From Minisyncoccota bacterium (GTDB lineage: Bacteria > Patescibacteriota > Minisyncoccia > Phycocordibacterales > GCA-2401445), in NCBI GenBank assembly GCA_040879725.1, contig JBBDJV010000015.1, forward strand, positions 32,127 through 96,126: a DNA stretch of 64,000 nt. The letters are read 5' to 3'. The position numbers and the translations under genes were made by a program. This document shows positions 12,601-18,249 of this stretch, piece by piece. Within the stretch, counting starts at the first letter, position 1, and each line of letters starts with the position of its first letter. A model generated the notes under the pieces. The model did no database searches. It was not told where the DNA came from and was given only the letters and a program-made list of their open reading frames with translations.

Positions 12601-15600
12601 CTACTACAGTAACCGGTGGAAGTTTGCAGATTATCGGAACATCAGATGCTACGACGACTATAGATAGGCAGAGTACGGGGAATTACGGTATTGAGATAGA
12701 AGGTGGTACGTTCACGGCTTCTTACTATAGTTTTGAAAATATGGGTTCTCGCGGACTTGGGTTTAGCGGAACACCGACAGTAACAAATATTTCAGATGGA
12801 GATTTTGAGTTGGGACTCGAAGGACAGACGCTCATAACGGTAGACGCAAGTGTTATTGATGCAAATCCAACTAAAACATTCAGTAGAAATCGTTTTGCTA
12901 CAGCAGGTTCTGTTACGAGTGGAATAAACGTTACTGTGGAGGGAACGTCCGTAAGTTCGTGGAGGTTTAGTGACCACTATGGTGATTTGGACGGTGAAGC
13001 AAATGACAGCGATCCAGGCGGTGATCCAGGATATGTTATTTGGGATGATAGCGCGGGAGATATTACTGTATCTGGTGTTGTGTATCAGAACGATAGAGTT
13101 ACTCCTGCTGGTGGAGCAGTGTGTGATGGAACAACGAATGTCGTTCGGCTTTTGGTGGAGGGAGCGGGTAGCTACTTCGTGCCGTGTGCTTCAGGAACAG
13201 GAGTATACACAATACCAAGTGTAACTTTCTTACCGAGCGATGTCTTCACGGTATTTCTTGATAATGCATCCGAAGATGCTGTAGCGGTAACGTACGGAGC
13301 ACTTACCAGTATTGCAAATATGCACCTTTATACAGATCACGTAATAGTGCGTCACGAAGGAGTAGACCCGATTACCATAAGTGAACTTGCGGTATATGAT
13401 GGAGGTGATGATGCGGATATTCCGTATACAACAACCCTAACTCCCGACACACTTTCTACTGGAGCGGGTACCGCTCTCTATGTATGGCAAGGAAAAACAT
13501 TTACTCCGGGAGGAGATGTGACGGTTACGGGAAATGGTACAACCAATGAGTATGACGGTACGCTGTATGTGTGGCAGAATGCAAATTTTGTTGCCGAAGG
13601 CAGTGAGTATTTCACTATCGGAGGAAGCTTGATTGCGAGCTCGAGCGCGGTTATTACCAGTGCTAGTTCAGATTTTGACTTTACTTCAACCGCTACCGGA
13701 AAAGTGGTACGCACAAACAGCTCGCCACTAGCTTCAGTTACATTCTCAGGTAGTGGAGGCGCGTGGTCCTTCCCCGAAACAACCGTTTCAGTGGAAGATG
13801 ATTTTACCATTACTGCTGGATCGGTAAGTCTTCCTGTGGGCACAACGACAGTTGCCGGATCATTTATAAATAATGGAGGAACCTTCACGCATAATAGTGG
13901 AACAGTGCAGTTAAATGGAACAGAAGTTGGTAATTCAATTCAAGTTGGTGGATCAGACTTCTATAACCTAACAATCGGAGGTACGGGTTCTTGGACATTC
14001 CTTGATACCAATGCAACCACAACAAATCAACTTCGCTTTGAGTATGGCTCAACAACGCTTCCGTCAGGGGTACTTACTGTGGGCGCTACACTTACTTCTG
14101 TAAATGGAACCTTTAATCACAACAACGGAGATGTGAAATTTATTTCTACCAGTTCAGGTAATGTTATTACCCAAAAAGGCTCAGGATTTGGCGGAATAAC
14201 TTTCGATGGTACTGGAGGATCTTGGTCATTTGCACAAAGTGTCGCTACTACTACCAAGGACTTCGCTATTGTAAACGGTTCGGTTGCATTACCGACAGAC
14301 ACGCTTCGGGTCGGAGGTTCGTTTATTAACGAAGGTTCATTCAGTCACAGTACCGGTACGGTGTTAATGAATTCCGCACTTACGGGAGAGGTAATAACTC
14401 CGGGAAGTGATCCATTCCATAACCTAACAATACAAAACAGCGCAGGGGGATGGACGCTTACCGGTTCAGCTACCACAACAAATAACTTTAACCTTTCTAC
14501 CAGCACAAGCTTTACTCTTGTTCCGGGTTCAACCTTGAATGTCGGGGGTTCATTTACAAATACCTCGGGCGGTGCGGGAACTTCGTGGGACGGAACGACG
14601 ATAAACCTTACTGGAGGCAATAGTTATTCAATAAATGGACGATTAAGCTCCGGAGATGAATACAATACTCTGGTAGTATCTACAACAACAAAAGCTCGCC
14701 TCTGGTCCTCATCCGCAGGAACCACCACTGTCGCAAGTACCGCATCACTCTACTCACAAGACCACGCAGGAGTAGACGGTGACCTCTACATCTGGGGAGA
14801 CTATCGCCGAACTACCGGTAATGACTACTGGAGCTATGCTACTGACTTTGACGGAACCGCACTTACCGGAGGAAGTGAACGACAAGTAAACGTACGCTTT
14901 GCTCCAAATGCTTCTACTACAGTAACCGGTGGAAGTTTGCAGATTATCGGAGCATCAGATGCTACGACGACTATAGATAGGCAGAGTACGGGCACGTATG
15001 GTCTTTCTGTGCTCGGAGGAACAGTAAATGTAGATAGATATCAGATAAGAAATATTGATGAATTGGGATTGTATATTTCTGGACAACCTACCGTTACCAG
15101 TCTTTCAAATGGAGATTATGAGCTCGATAAAGAGGGTGGTTCAATGATTACTGTTTCTTCCACAACGATTGATTTCAACCCATCGCTCTTTATTGGTGGT
15201 GCAAAATTTGCAACATCTACTGGAATAACAAGTGGATTCAACGTGACGTTGCTGGGAACACCAATAAATGCGTGGACTTTTACTGGGCATAGCGGAAATT
15301 ACGATGGAGAAGCATATGACAGTGATGGTGGAGATGCATGTGGAAAAATACGATGGAGTGACAGTGTGTGTCTCTTTGTAAGTCAAGAAAGCTATAGATT
15401 TAGAAATGATGACGGAGGGGAAGGGGTCCCTAATGACGAGTGGTACCATTCAGATTGGGATAAACGTATGAGAATTGCGATTACAAACGCTTCCACTTCA
15501 GCGCTCACAAATCAACAAGTAAAAATTGAGTTACCAAAGGCCACTGATATGCAAAGTGATTACGGAGACCTTCGGTTTACCGACAACTCAGGAACAACGA

Positions 15601-17660
15601 CAATTGATTATTGGATTGAAAGTTACACAACAGCAACTTCAACTGTGTGGGTAAAAGTTCCAAATCTCCCAGCAGAAGAAACCACTGGTATATACGTGTA
15701 CTATGACACTGTAGCAACACTCGATACTGATGGGGTAGCCACATCAACATTGATCGTATACGACGGTTTTGAGGATAACAATATAAGTGAGTATTCAGGG
15801 GACACTAGTATGTTTTCTGTATCGACAGGTTTTGATTTTGAGGGAACCTATGGACTTACATCTTCTTCAGGAAATGAAGACCAAAGAACAACAGATGGTA
15901 TTTACCGCACAGGTACAGGAAGTACCGTTTCGCAAGGAGAAACGATACATTTTGCACAATATATTGATACCTCGCTCGGTTTTCAGGATGAACCGTGTAT
16001 GGTGTTTGGTGTGCAAACACCGGGGTCAAATAATGAAAACTATGCAGTGTGTTTGGATGTATTTGGAGATTCTGTTGTTATTTCAAAAGATGTTTCTTCA
16101 AATGATGGTTCAGGAACAATACTGGCAAGCGATACTTCGGTAGGATTTTCAAGTGGGTGGTATGAAGTTGAGATTGACTGGCTCACAAGCGGAGTAATTA
16201 ATGTTGCTGTATACGATGATTCCGGTGCGCTCTTTTCTGAAGTAAGTACCACGGATTCAAGTTATAGTTCCGGAGGGTATGGATTTGGTTTTTGGATTCA
16301 GTACGGAGGATGGGATTATGTAAGTTCTTGGAAATATACTGAAGTTGTGCCGACGTATACGATTGGTATTGAACAAGTGGGTGAAGGTGCAACGTGGAGT
16401 AGTGCCGAAAACAGCCCTCTTGCGGGGCAGTCAGTAGGTGAAGATATGCGACTTCGATTCCTTGTTCAAAACTCAGGTCCGGAAATTACTGATCAAAACT
16501 TTAGATTACAAGTTGCATCAAAGGAGGGGTATGGTAGCTGTTCGTCTGTACCATACGGAAGCTTCAGTGATGTTCCTGTAAGTGGAAGTTGTGGATCCTC
16601 AGTTGCGTGTATGTCTACATCAAGTCAGGTGGTTAATAGTGCTTTAACCACACAACTGCTCTCTGTTCCTGATAGCGTGACTTTTACGCAAGGTCGTTTT
16701 GTTGAAAGTCCTTCAAACCAAACGTCAAACATTGATATCGGAACTAATCTCTATACTGAAGTTGAATATATATTTGATCTGACAAATTACGCCGTAGATT
16801 CCGCATACTGTTTGAGAACGACAGATTCTGGAACACCACTTGATAACTACGCGAATATTGCAGAGGTAAGTTTGATCCATGCCCCGACAATCACAAACTT
16901 TAACCTAAATGATAATCAGAATATTGAACTCTCAGTTGGGGCATCTACAACCATTTATGCGACAGGAACAGTAATTGACCTAAACGGATATGAAGATTTA
17001 GTGTACGCAACATCAAGTATTTATCGAACCGGTGTGGGGGCAACGTGTACTCCTGATGACAATTCATGTTATCAGGTTGCAAGTACGTCTTGTTCATTTG
17101 TAAATTGTTCTGGAAACAGCTGTGACGTGATATGTAGCGCTGACATTGCTTTCTTTGCGGATCCAACCGATGGTGGAGTGTTTGAGGCGGAAGAGTGGGA
17201 AGCTGAAATAACGGTGGTGGACCAAGGTGAGATTAGAGATACTGGTATTACCATGGGTGTTGAAATGGGAACACTTCGAGCACTTACTGTCGAAAATGAA
17301 ATTGATTACGGAACACTCGAAGTGGCAAGTAACACAGGAGATGCCAATGCAACAAGTACGGTAATTAATAAAGGAAATGACACTATTGATGTAAATCTGT
17401 ATGGTACTGACTTGGTGGGAGGTGCTAGTACGATTTCGGTAAATAATCAAAAGTTTGCAACGTCAACATTCTCATATAGTGCTTGTACTATTTGTCCATT
17501 TCTTGATAGTTCTCCTGTTCCTGCAGGTATTGATTTGAGTAAACCGACAACTACGGTGCCCGTAATGACTGAAATTTACTGGGGGTTGAATGTACCAATA
17601 GGTACCGCGGGTGTACCTCACTTTGGACAAACGACATTTGAAGCTACAGGAAGTGAGTAG
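696..17660 (+). CDS. giant (5,654 aa) multidomain secreted/surface protein, likely an adhesin
   Basis: A single uninterrupted ORF, starting at GTG 696 or ATG 711. It has an N-terminal hydrophobic anchor/signal, an acidic S/T-rich linker, an Ig-like module, three tail-collar repeats, FN3-like 'YWWRVRA' modules, a 'WNGSSWS' repeat run, very long Gly/Ser/Thr/Asn beta-helix-like repeats, DUF2341-like and LamG-like modules, and a C-terminal domain shared with the 22397..24229 protein. Confidence 0.85.
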   Translation: MDVFEMRLINLLKKDIWVVGSLLLIVLVVSGNTYLKNVYADPVIEDSVYLLPTKVESVGWNNVSTVGVQEISSDGTLGAFNKSNSAFVIFKNGEYAKEEAVIPVRETGVPKAEKIDVGETKETEGQEKLDNEESIQDFIATTTATTTTDKSVSTSTPVAESLEPENEELEGEGEEEQSTTTDSVENHNVSEEVSEEVDSEETSTSSEEVNLDTQQEINEEENNSAVEEESTDSVENENNASSSAPVTRFLNAIKRAVFSLVPSFVFADEVSTTTETSTPKVSSTTVPVEEVSSTTSVTTTPQIVTSEEEKQATEKEIEEKQVAVPSKPSEDEVIDTEAPTLTVLGNNPAVLAIGSTYNDLGVTVSDNINNNLGFKTSVDGVEVSVVSLDTKSEGVYEITYSVVDQAGNTGTAKRMVYVGIEPEEKIVSEAENETILDTFTCDNSEACTTNVLEVSGFGVGGEVFGEGLIDTAQLRISMGSNIAHSKTNELPLKLEIEYFYNESWFSAGSIVLDEEVSNAINGGYFLYALPFFESWAEFADFKVRIRYDHNKELEGGVYIDSIWIEAFSGEGINKEEFGLTKEEKKRAEIEKGMKKPKLHSVIKGKPAFEIDENPEFEFEYELQRSNISRFFRGLFKDDPDYRVSSVEIKTASGQDIDLPISLRYGGGERWGFSVEKNNESLHPGKYEVSITIHEGSKSFTDSFEFYWGVLTVNTNKSIYSPQETALFSMAALTDNGHTMCDAILRLVVVDPDQSETVVPVEKSGLCDGNNVIDVPDYFGEMQLAGVGEYQVSLERYNEEGGLVIQTNDIFEVRDYVPFDVEREGPTRIYPPAPYVMSISFRANEAFDGVITETVPKGFIIEESEGANVVVKEDVVEISWPVSVRAGERILKTYRFDAPDISPYIYETGPLVFKKEIATTSFQEMSTSSPLCSEGFCEEEITEEVVFQEIRTWKIASDAVGRMLILWDGGAAPAGWECVSCTGGDPFYQRFIRGGATYGGTGGSATHTHTASVSVGGPSATTGQTPGGSTVSGSGHTHTFTPTVSSASNLPEYRQLRVLRSTSAGTPATLPAGAIVFFTDTVPTEWTRYSAQDGRFVRGESGVGTTGGANTHSHTITGTTGAASGDTYGTQNGQTRADVAQVNHTHSVSGSTDSVSNTPPYIETILGKIDADGSLPIGMLAMWDEDVPVGWNHKSESGDPFFERFILPSATYGTIGGNITHSHANQNIVSGGPAQTTTARAGGNVSSSDHTHTISLTSYSSPSHLPPYINVVIAEFLGTDPVFTQAQFRWYTNANVETPTDAWPQGSTLNLNENEPITATSTPVSPDDVVRLRMAVGVGNATSTAGSVNFKLQYGQGSVCSAVTTWSDVGEISSSTPWIGYDNTSVLDGVELSSTTLSLSNVFGSYEEENNSTTTPNDISVGEYVEYDWVIQHNNATSGVPYCFRMVEGDGTQFFTYTSYPKLQTNSAPNTPTLDRLFDNEKIASTSPHFWFDAEDDEGDALYYQIQVDEDFAFGSVLIDNNSQSHGDQFTNLINPSQKEPYTEGNTVQFIPSSSLSNNTTYWWRVRAWDPNGSEDYGEWSEPQSFTTDSNIVESTWFQTTDEQFDTNTLNGVRTLGTDAVELNVGSSTGSMYSTFIDFSDGTYGNIWEEFSFNDAETTGSISYQVEYQTDEGAELVPDSILPGNSTGFGTSPVNLSGVDPEVYDNLRLVANFTNSGGSPQLLDWTLKWGTKIDTPTLLLPFANERFPTTTPTFTFTTTDQQSDDLQYEVSWSTVYDFTSSTTRNSSLHAGFANTEDSGDSDPFTSGDTIRFTIQPADALTASTTYWWRVRAKDPSGGNAFSDWSEPRSFTHNYLDVVSTWFQTTDEQFNTNILSGTRSTGSDSLTVATTSNEAMIVYGEGAVTTPQFRIWNGSSWSSESSALSVDSQINWVAVKEAPTREEYVLGTLGLDSDVNVQVYSEGIWDNLLEVTASISNADKRGFDITYESISGDAMVVSCDGDSNPTYYTWNGSSWSSPGTITTSTGSSCEWIRLASNPVSDEIIMVTLPGGGGQYEAQVWNGSAWGNAVVWGGMSEAHEGIGVAYQPNGALAVVTVNNDGSTPPNRMSSRTWNGSFWSGTTDTNVGYFEQGTLVADDGTNNMNLCFVNDATTVQGLPWTGTAWGTQTQLDATAHAKNDRPVDCVYETTSGRDGNVLTAYSDTTSARYSVLSGGTWSAEASISTISRSATVQLERVGDGLILGTFFDHVNERYDFSYWNGSAWSTAQTLENTPSVSSAPFKEPFMMAARGPATSGTVAVSPGIVFSDGTGPYWGELSFSNTTPGASGVLYQVQYATATTYELIPDVDLTGNSTGFTTSPVDLTGLDITTYDTIRVRATLTCDGSDCPTLDDWTVTWAEGATVSGTIAEHDETTAVTEGTVAVAVNGVLQTGKTGEIQGDGTWSITNVTAFVDDIITVFVSGATSENKAVAVTKYDGVGDITGIELHERHLTFGSDDTSPVITNSDLGLFDIAVGGSDVFFDVDASNNLVATSTGGGFDDVVVYVTSGTTYRPDSTSSGNVSTHDIAILGTIMADGNTISLSGSWRNSSTFSEGTSHVVFTALSGSESIDSTGASASNFYRVTFGQTSGTATWLLSTPLVVTNNTAVNYGTLSPGSQTLSLGGNLAIGSSGLFTKGTATTTFNGTGSSVWSDASSLKQDMGIVVIDGTSKTVTLGSNVQATDIVIGANDTFDITTGNYSIGVNGSWTNNNTFLSRQGEVNFTGSSFGVSILPGSSSFYNLSFGGSGSWTFGSTNITVVNDFSISNGFVTLPSGTTTISGSFLATASGSFAGNTGTVLFTGSSGSESISQNNSSFYNLVLNGSGSWSFSEQNATTTNNVQILSGTLTAPSGALAIGGSFTNAGTFTHNSGALRFYSSGDSKVVQPGLSSINDIIFDGSGGWVLSPSANITVSGDVSIISGTATSTAETLSVGGSWLVGPSGIFNHYDGTIAFNSSDTGETIASGNSPFGTVSFNNSNGGWAVTENATSSSGWNITDVSEFTVESGVVVAVGGDFSNDVGGAETTWTGSTLVLNSNTPFSINDKSTGSDEYASIVLNSGTKVSMWNSSATAVSANSDSYLYSQDHAGVDGNLYIWGEYVRSSGVEHWSHATDFDGTSLSGSERAVSVLFDSGASAEINNSTLSIVGGVGATTTINNQGSGAYSLSVVNSTTTAQYYAFRNLDSSGFVLTGETSVTSLSNGDFELSADGGSLVTLSAETIDENPTLQISRVRFATSTGITSGFNVTATGTPTSYWWYRNHYGNYAGEAFDNDPGDNPGNIRWDDSNLSITVSGIVYYSDRATTMGSPVCDGSTNTVRVDVQGGTGGSAPCNATTGEFSIEGVSLSGDGIVTTYLDTNGGSRAVAISKTPTADITNLGLYESWLTIRNEDVNSVSISDLVAFDSSGDSDVFFSANEGSPDTLVLEDGFGLYVEEGKSFSPNGNITLVSGSTDFVAGTFELGTSSLLTFNDGEDHAVGGSFIVGTNATATVASSSLTFTATTSGKTITPNGSSLYDVAFTGVGGEWELSTSSITGDFVVTAGTVVGTSDVLVTSGSITGNGVLAFTDGAVTLQKAGNFGGSENWTFANLVFGDGTTNATTTKIGANNILVENQLTIDTNHVLLAGDDEWELGGSGTPFVISGDFDAETSTVTYSGTSATTVTAEEYNALTLAPSGAGSPNYTLASGSFILNTLVVGDGVNTVSVNANTTDPLVNVNGDVTINSNATYVSSNSSLLSVGGSWTNNGAFTHSNGTVLFNSSDTGEIVSSGNSAFGNLLFSNVSGGWAISGNATTSGNLILASSTSFTLSPGSTLSVGGMFENQLDGGVTTWDGTTLVLEGAVGYSVNSATSTGDTYNTLVIDENTDVRLWSSSAGTTTVASTASLYSQDHAGVDGDLYIWGDYRRTTGNDYWSYATDFDGTALTGGSERQVNVRFAPNASTTVTGGSLQIIGTSDATTTIDRQSTGNYGIEIEGGTFTASYYSFENMGSRGLGFSGTPTVTNISDGDFELGLEGQTLITVDASVIDANPTKTFSRNRFATAGSVTSGINVTVEGTSVSSWRFSDHYGDLDGEANDSDPGGDPGYVIWDDSAGDITVSGVVYQNDRVTPAGGAVCDGTTNVVRLLVEGAGSYFVPCASGTGVYTIPSVTFLPSDVFTVFLDNASEDAVAVTYGALTSIANMHLYTDHVIVRHEGVDPITISELAVYDGGDDADIPYTTTLTPDTLSTGAGTALYVWQGKTFTPGGDVTVTGNGTTNEYDGTLYVWQNANFVAEGSEYFTIGGSLIASSSAVITSASSDFDFTSTATGKVVRTNSSPLASVTFSGSGGAWSFPETTVSVEDDFTITAGSVSLPVGTTTVAGSFINNGGTFTHNSGTVQLNGTEVGNSIQVGGSDFYNLTIGGTGSWTFLDTNATTTNQLRFEYGSTTLPSGVLTVGATLTSVNGTFNHNNGDVKFISTSSGNVITQKGSGFGGITFDGTGGSWSFAQSVATTTKDFAIVNGSVALPTDTLRVGGSFINEGSFSHSTGTVLMNSALTGEVITPGSDPFHNLTIQNSAGGWTLTGSATTTNNFNLSTSTSFTLVPGSTLNVGGSFTNTSGGAGTSWDGTTINLTGGNSYSINGRLSSGDEYNTLVVSTTTKARLWSSSAGTTTVASTASLYSQDHAGVDGDLYIWGDYRRTTGNDYWSYATDFDGTALTGGSERQVNVRFAPNASTTVTGGSLQIIGASDATTTIDRQSTGTYGLSVLGGTVNVDRYQIRNIDELGLYISGQPTVTSLSNGDYELDKEGGSMITVSSTTIDFNPSLFIGGAKFATSTGITSGFNVTLLGTPINAWTFTGHSGNYDGEAYDSDGGDACGKIRWSDSVCLFVSQESYRFRNDDGGEGVPNDEWYHSDWDKRMRIAITNASTSALTNQQVKIELPKATDMQSDYGDLRFTDNSGTTTIDYWIESYTTATSTVWVKVPNLPAEETTGIYVYYDTVATLDTDGVATSTLIVYDGFEDNNISEYSGDTSMFSVSTGFDFEGTYGLTSSSGNEDQRTTDGIYRTGTGSTVSQGETIHFAQYIDTSLGFQDEPCMVFGVQTPGSNNENYAVCLDVFGDSVVISKDVSSNDGSGTILASDTSVGFSSGWYEVEIDWLTSGVINVAVYDDSGALFSEVSTTDSSYSSGGYGFGFWIQYGGWDYVSSWKYTEVVPTYTIGIEQVGEGATWSSAENSPLAGQSVGEDMRLRFLVQNSGPEITDQNFRLQVASKEGYGSCSSVPYGSFSDVPVSGSCGSSVACMSTSSQVVNSALTTQLLSVPDSVTFTQGRFVESPSNQTSNIDIGTNLYTEVEYIFDLTNYAVDSAYCLRTTDSGTPLDNYANIAEVSLIHAPTITNFNLNDNQNIELSVGASTTIYATGTVIDLNGYEDLVYATSSIYRTGVGATCTPDDNSCYQVASTSCSFVNCSGNSCDVICSADIAFFADPTDGGVFEAEEWEAEITVVDQGEIRDTGITMGVEMGTLRALTVENEIDYGTLEVASNTGDANATSTVINKGNDTIDVNLYGTDLVGGASTISVNNQKFATSTFSYSACTICPFLDSSPVPAGIDLSKPTTTVPVMTEIYWGLNVPIGTAGVPHFGQTTFEATGSE
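3574..4520 (+). other. three tandem phage tail-collar (MdpB-like, Pfam Collar-type) repeats inside the giant protein
   Basis: The recurring motif chain is 'G.L..W.G..P.GW..C.G' ... 'RF.RG...G..GG...HTH(T)' ... 'LPPY/TPPYI..I'. The three instances end NLPEYRQLRVL, TPPYIETILGKI and HLPPYINVVIAEF. Confidence 0.6.
12384..12680. repeat. intragenic near-identical direct repeat, copy 1 (about 297 bp)
   Basis: The nucleotide string 'cgcctctggtcctcatccgcaggaacc...gcagattatcgga' is identical to 14697..14993 except for one mismatch. Confidence 0.9.
14697..14993. repeat. intragenic near-identical direct repeat, copy 2
   Basis: This copy lies 2,313 bp downstream of copy 1 and encodes the same ~99-aa block (RLWSSSAGTTTVASTASLYSQDHAGVDGDLYIWGDYRRTTGNDYWSYATDFDGTALTGGSERQVNVRF...). 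A diverged third copy is at ~9981..10280. Confidence 0.9.
15440..15710 (+). other. DUF2341-like module in the giant protein
   Basis: 'DWDKRMRIAITNAS...QQVKIELPKA...DYGDLRFTDNSGTTTIDYWIESY...TVWVKVPNL...GIYVYYDT' follows the DUF2341 pattern W..R..I.I......L..FP.L...F.D..G..L..E.E...........WVK.P.L....I.MYYGN. A LamG/ConA-like region follows. Confidence 0.45.
16870..17657 (+). other. C-terminal ~260-aa domain of the giant protein, homologous to the C-terminal half of the 22397..24229 protein
   Basis: Aligned blocks: YRTGVGATCTPDDNSCY ~ YRSGVTAASC..DPNNCY; FFADPTDGGVFEAEEWEAEITVVDQ ~ FLADATDAGSFYAAEDWRATVTATDD; NQKFATSTFSY ~ NQKFGTTTTGY; EIYWGLNVPIGTAG ~ DIYWGIGIPGTITFAG. Confidence 0.7.
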
Positions 17661-17803
17661 CTATAGTAGAGGAGGTATTGACGATTACAGTCAGTGGTAT
17701 ACACTAGATATATTATGAATAGAGTAGGAAACATATTCTTTTTCTTTGCCTTTAGCCAGCACTCTGGTTGAGGTTTTGCTTGTTTCTGGAAATATTCTTG
17801 AAA

Positions 17804-17836
17804 AAAGCCAGCTCTCAACCAGAGCTGGCTTTTTAG
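17804..17836 (+). terminator. rho-independent terminator after the giant gene
   Basis: A perfect 9-bp stem 'gccagctct'/'agagctggc' with loop 'caacc', followed by TTTTT. Confidence 0.7.
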
Positions 17837-18096
17837 TTCTTTACAACAAAATACAAATTATGCACGCTATGACTACGCAAAGAAAACACAAACGAACACC
17901 GGGTGCTACATTCACGCTCAAAACTGATTTTGTTATTTCCTTCCACGAAGGTCGGAAAAAAATCACACGCACGTATTCCACCGGAACAAAAGGGAAGTTG
18001 GTAGCAACATCTTTTTCCCAAGGGTCTTGGTTCTTTGTTCTCATGATGCCCGACTGAAACGTCATTAACGTCAATGAGTGTAAGCTCATATAAACC

Positions 18097-18131
18097 ACAC
18101 CCCACTTAGACACGTTCAAGTGGGGTTTTTA
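18097..18131 (+). terminator. second rho-independent terminator
   Basis: Stem 'ccccactt'/'aagtgggg' with loop 'agacacgttc', followed by TTTTT. Confidence 0.65.
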
Positions 18132-18249
18132 ATTAATGGCAAACAATACGTGGTTTTAAAATTTTCTTTATTCCTATAGAAATTTTTATCTACAACAGAG
18201 ACACAACTCTCACTACTCGCATGATATACTTTTAACGAGACTTGCCTCT

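Noticed and set aside
794-16392. Numerous 60-230-aa ORFs on the minus strand and in other frames inside the giant gene (for example 7676..8371, 10754..11308, 11828..12415)
   Set aside because: They lie entirely within the continuous 5,654-aa frame and are low-complexity translations of S/T/G/N-rich repeats. They are overlapping-frame artefacts.
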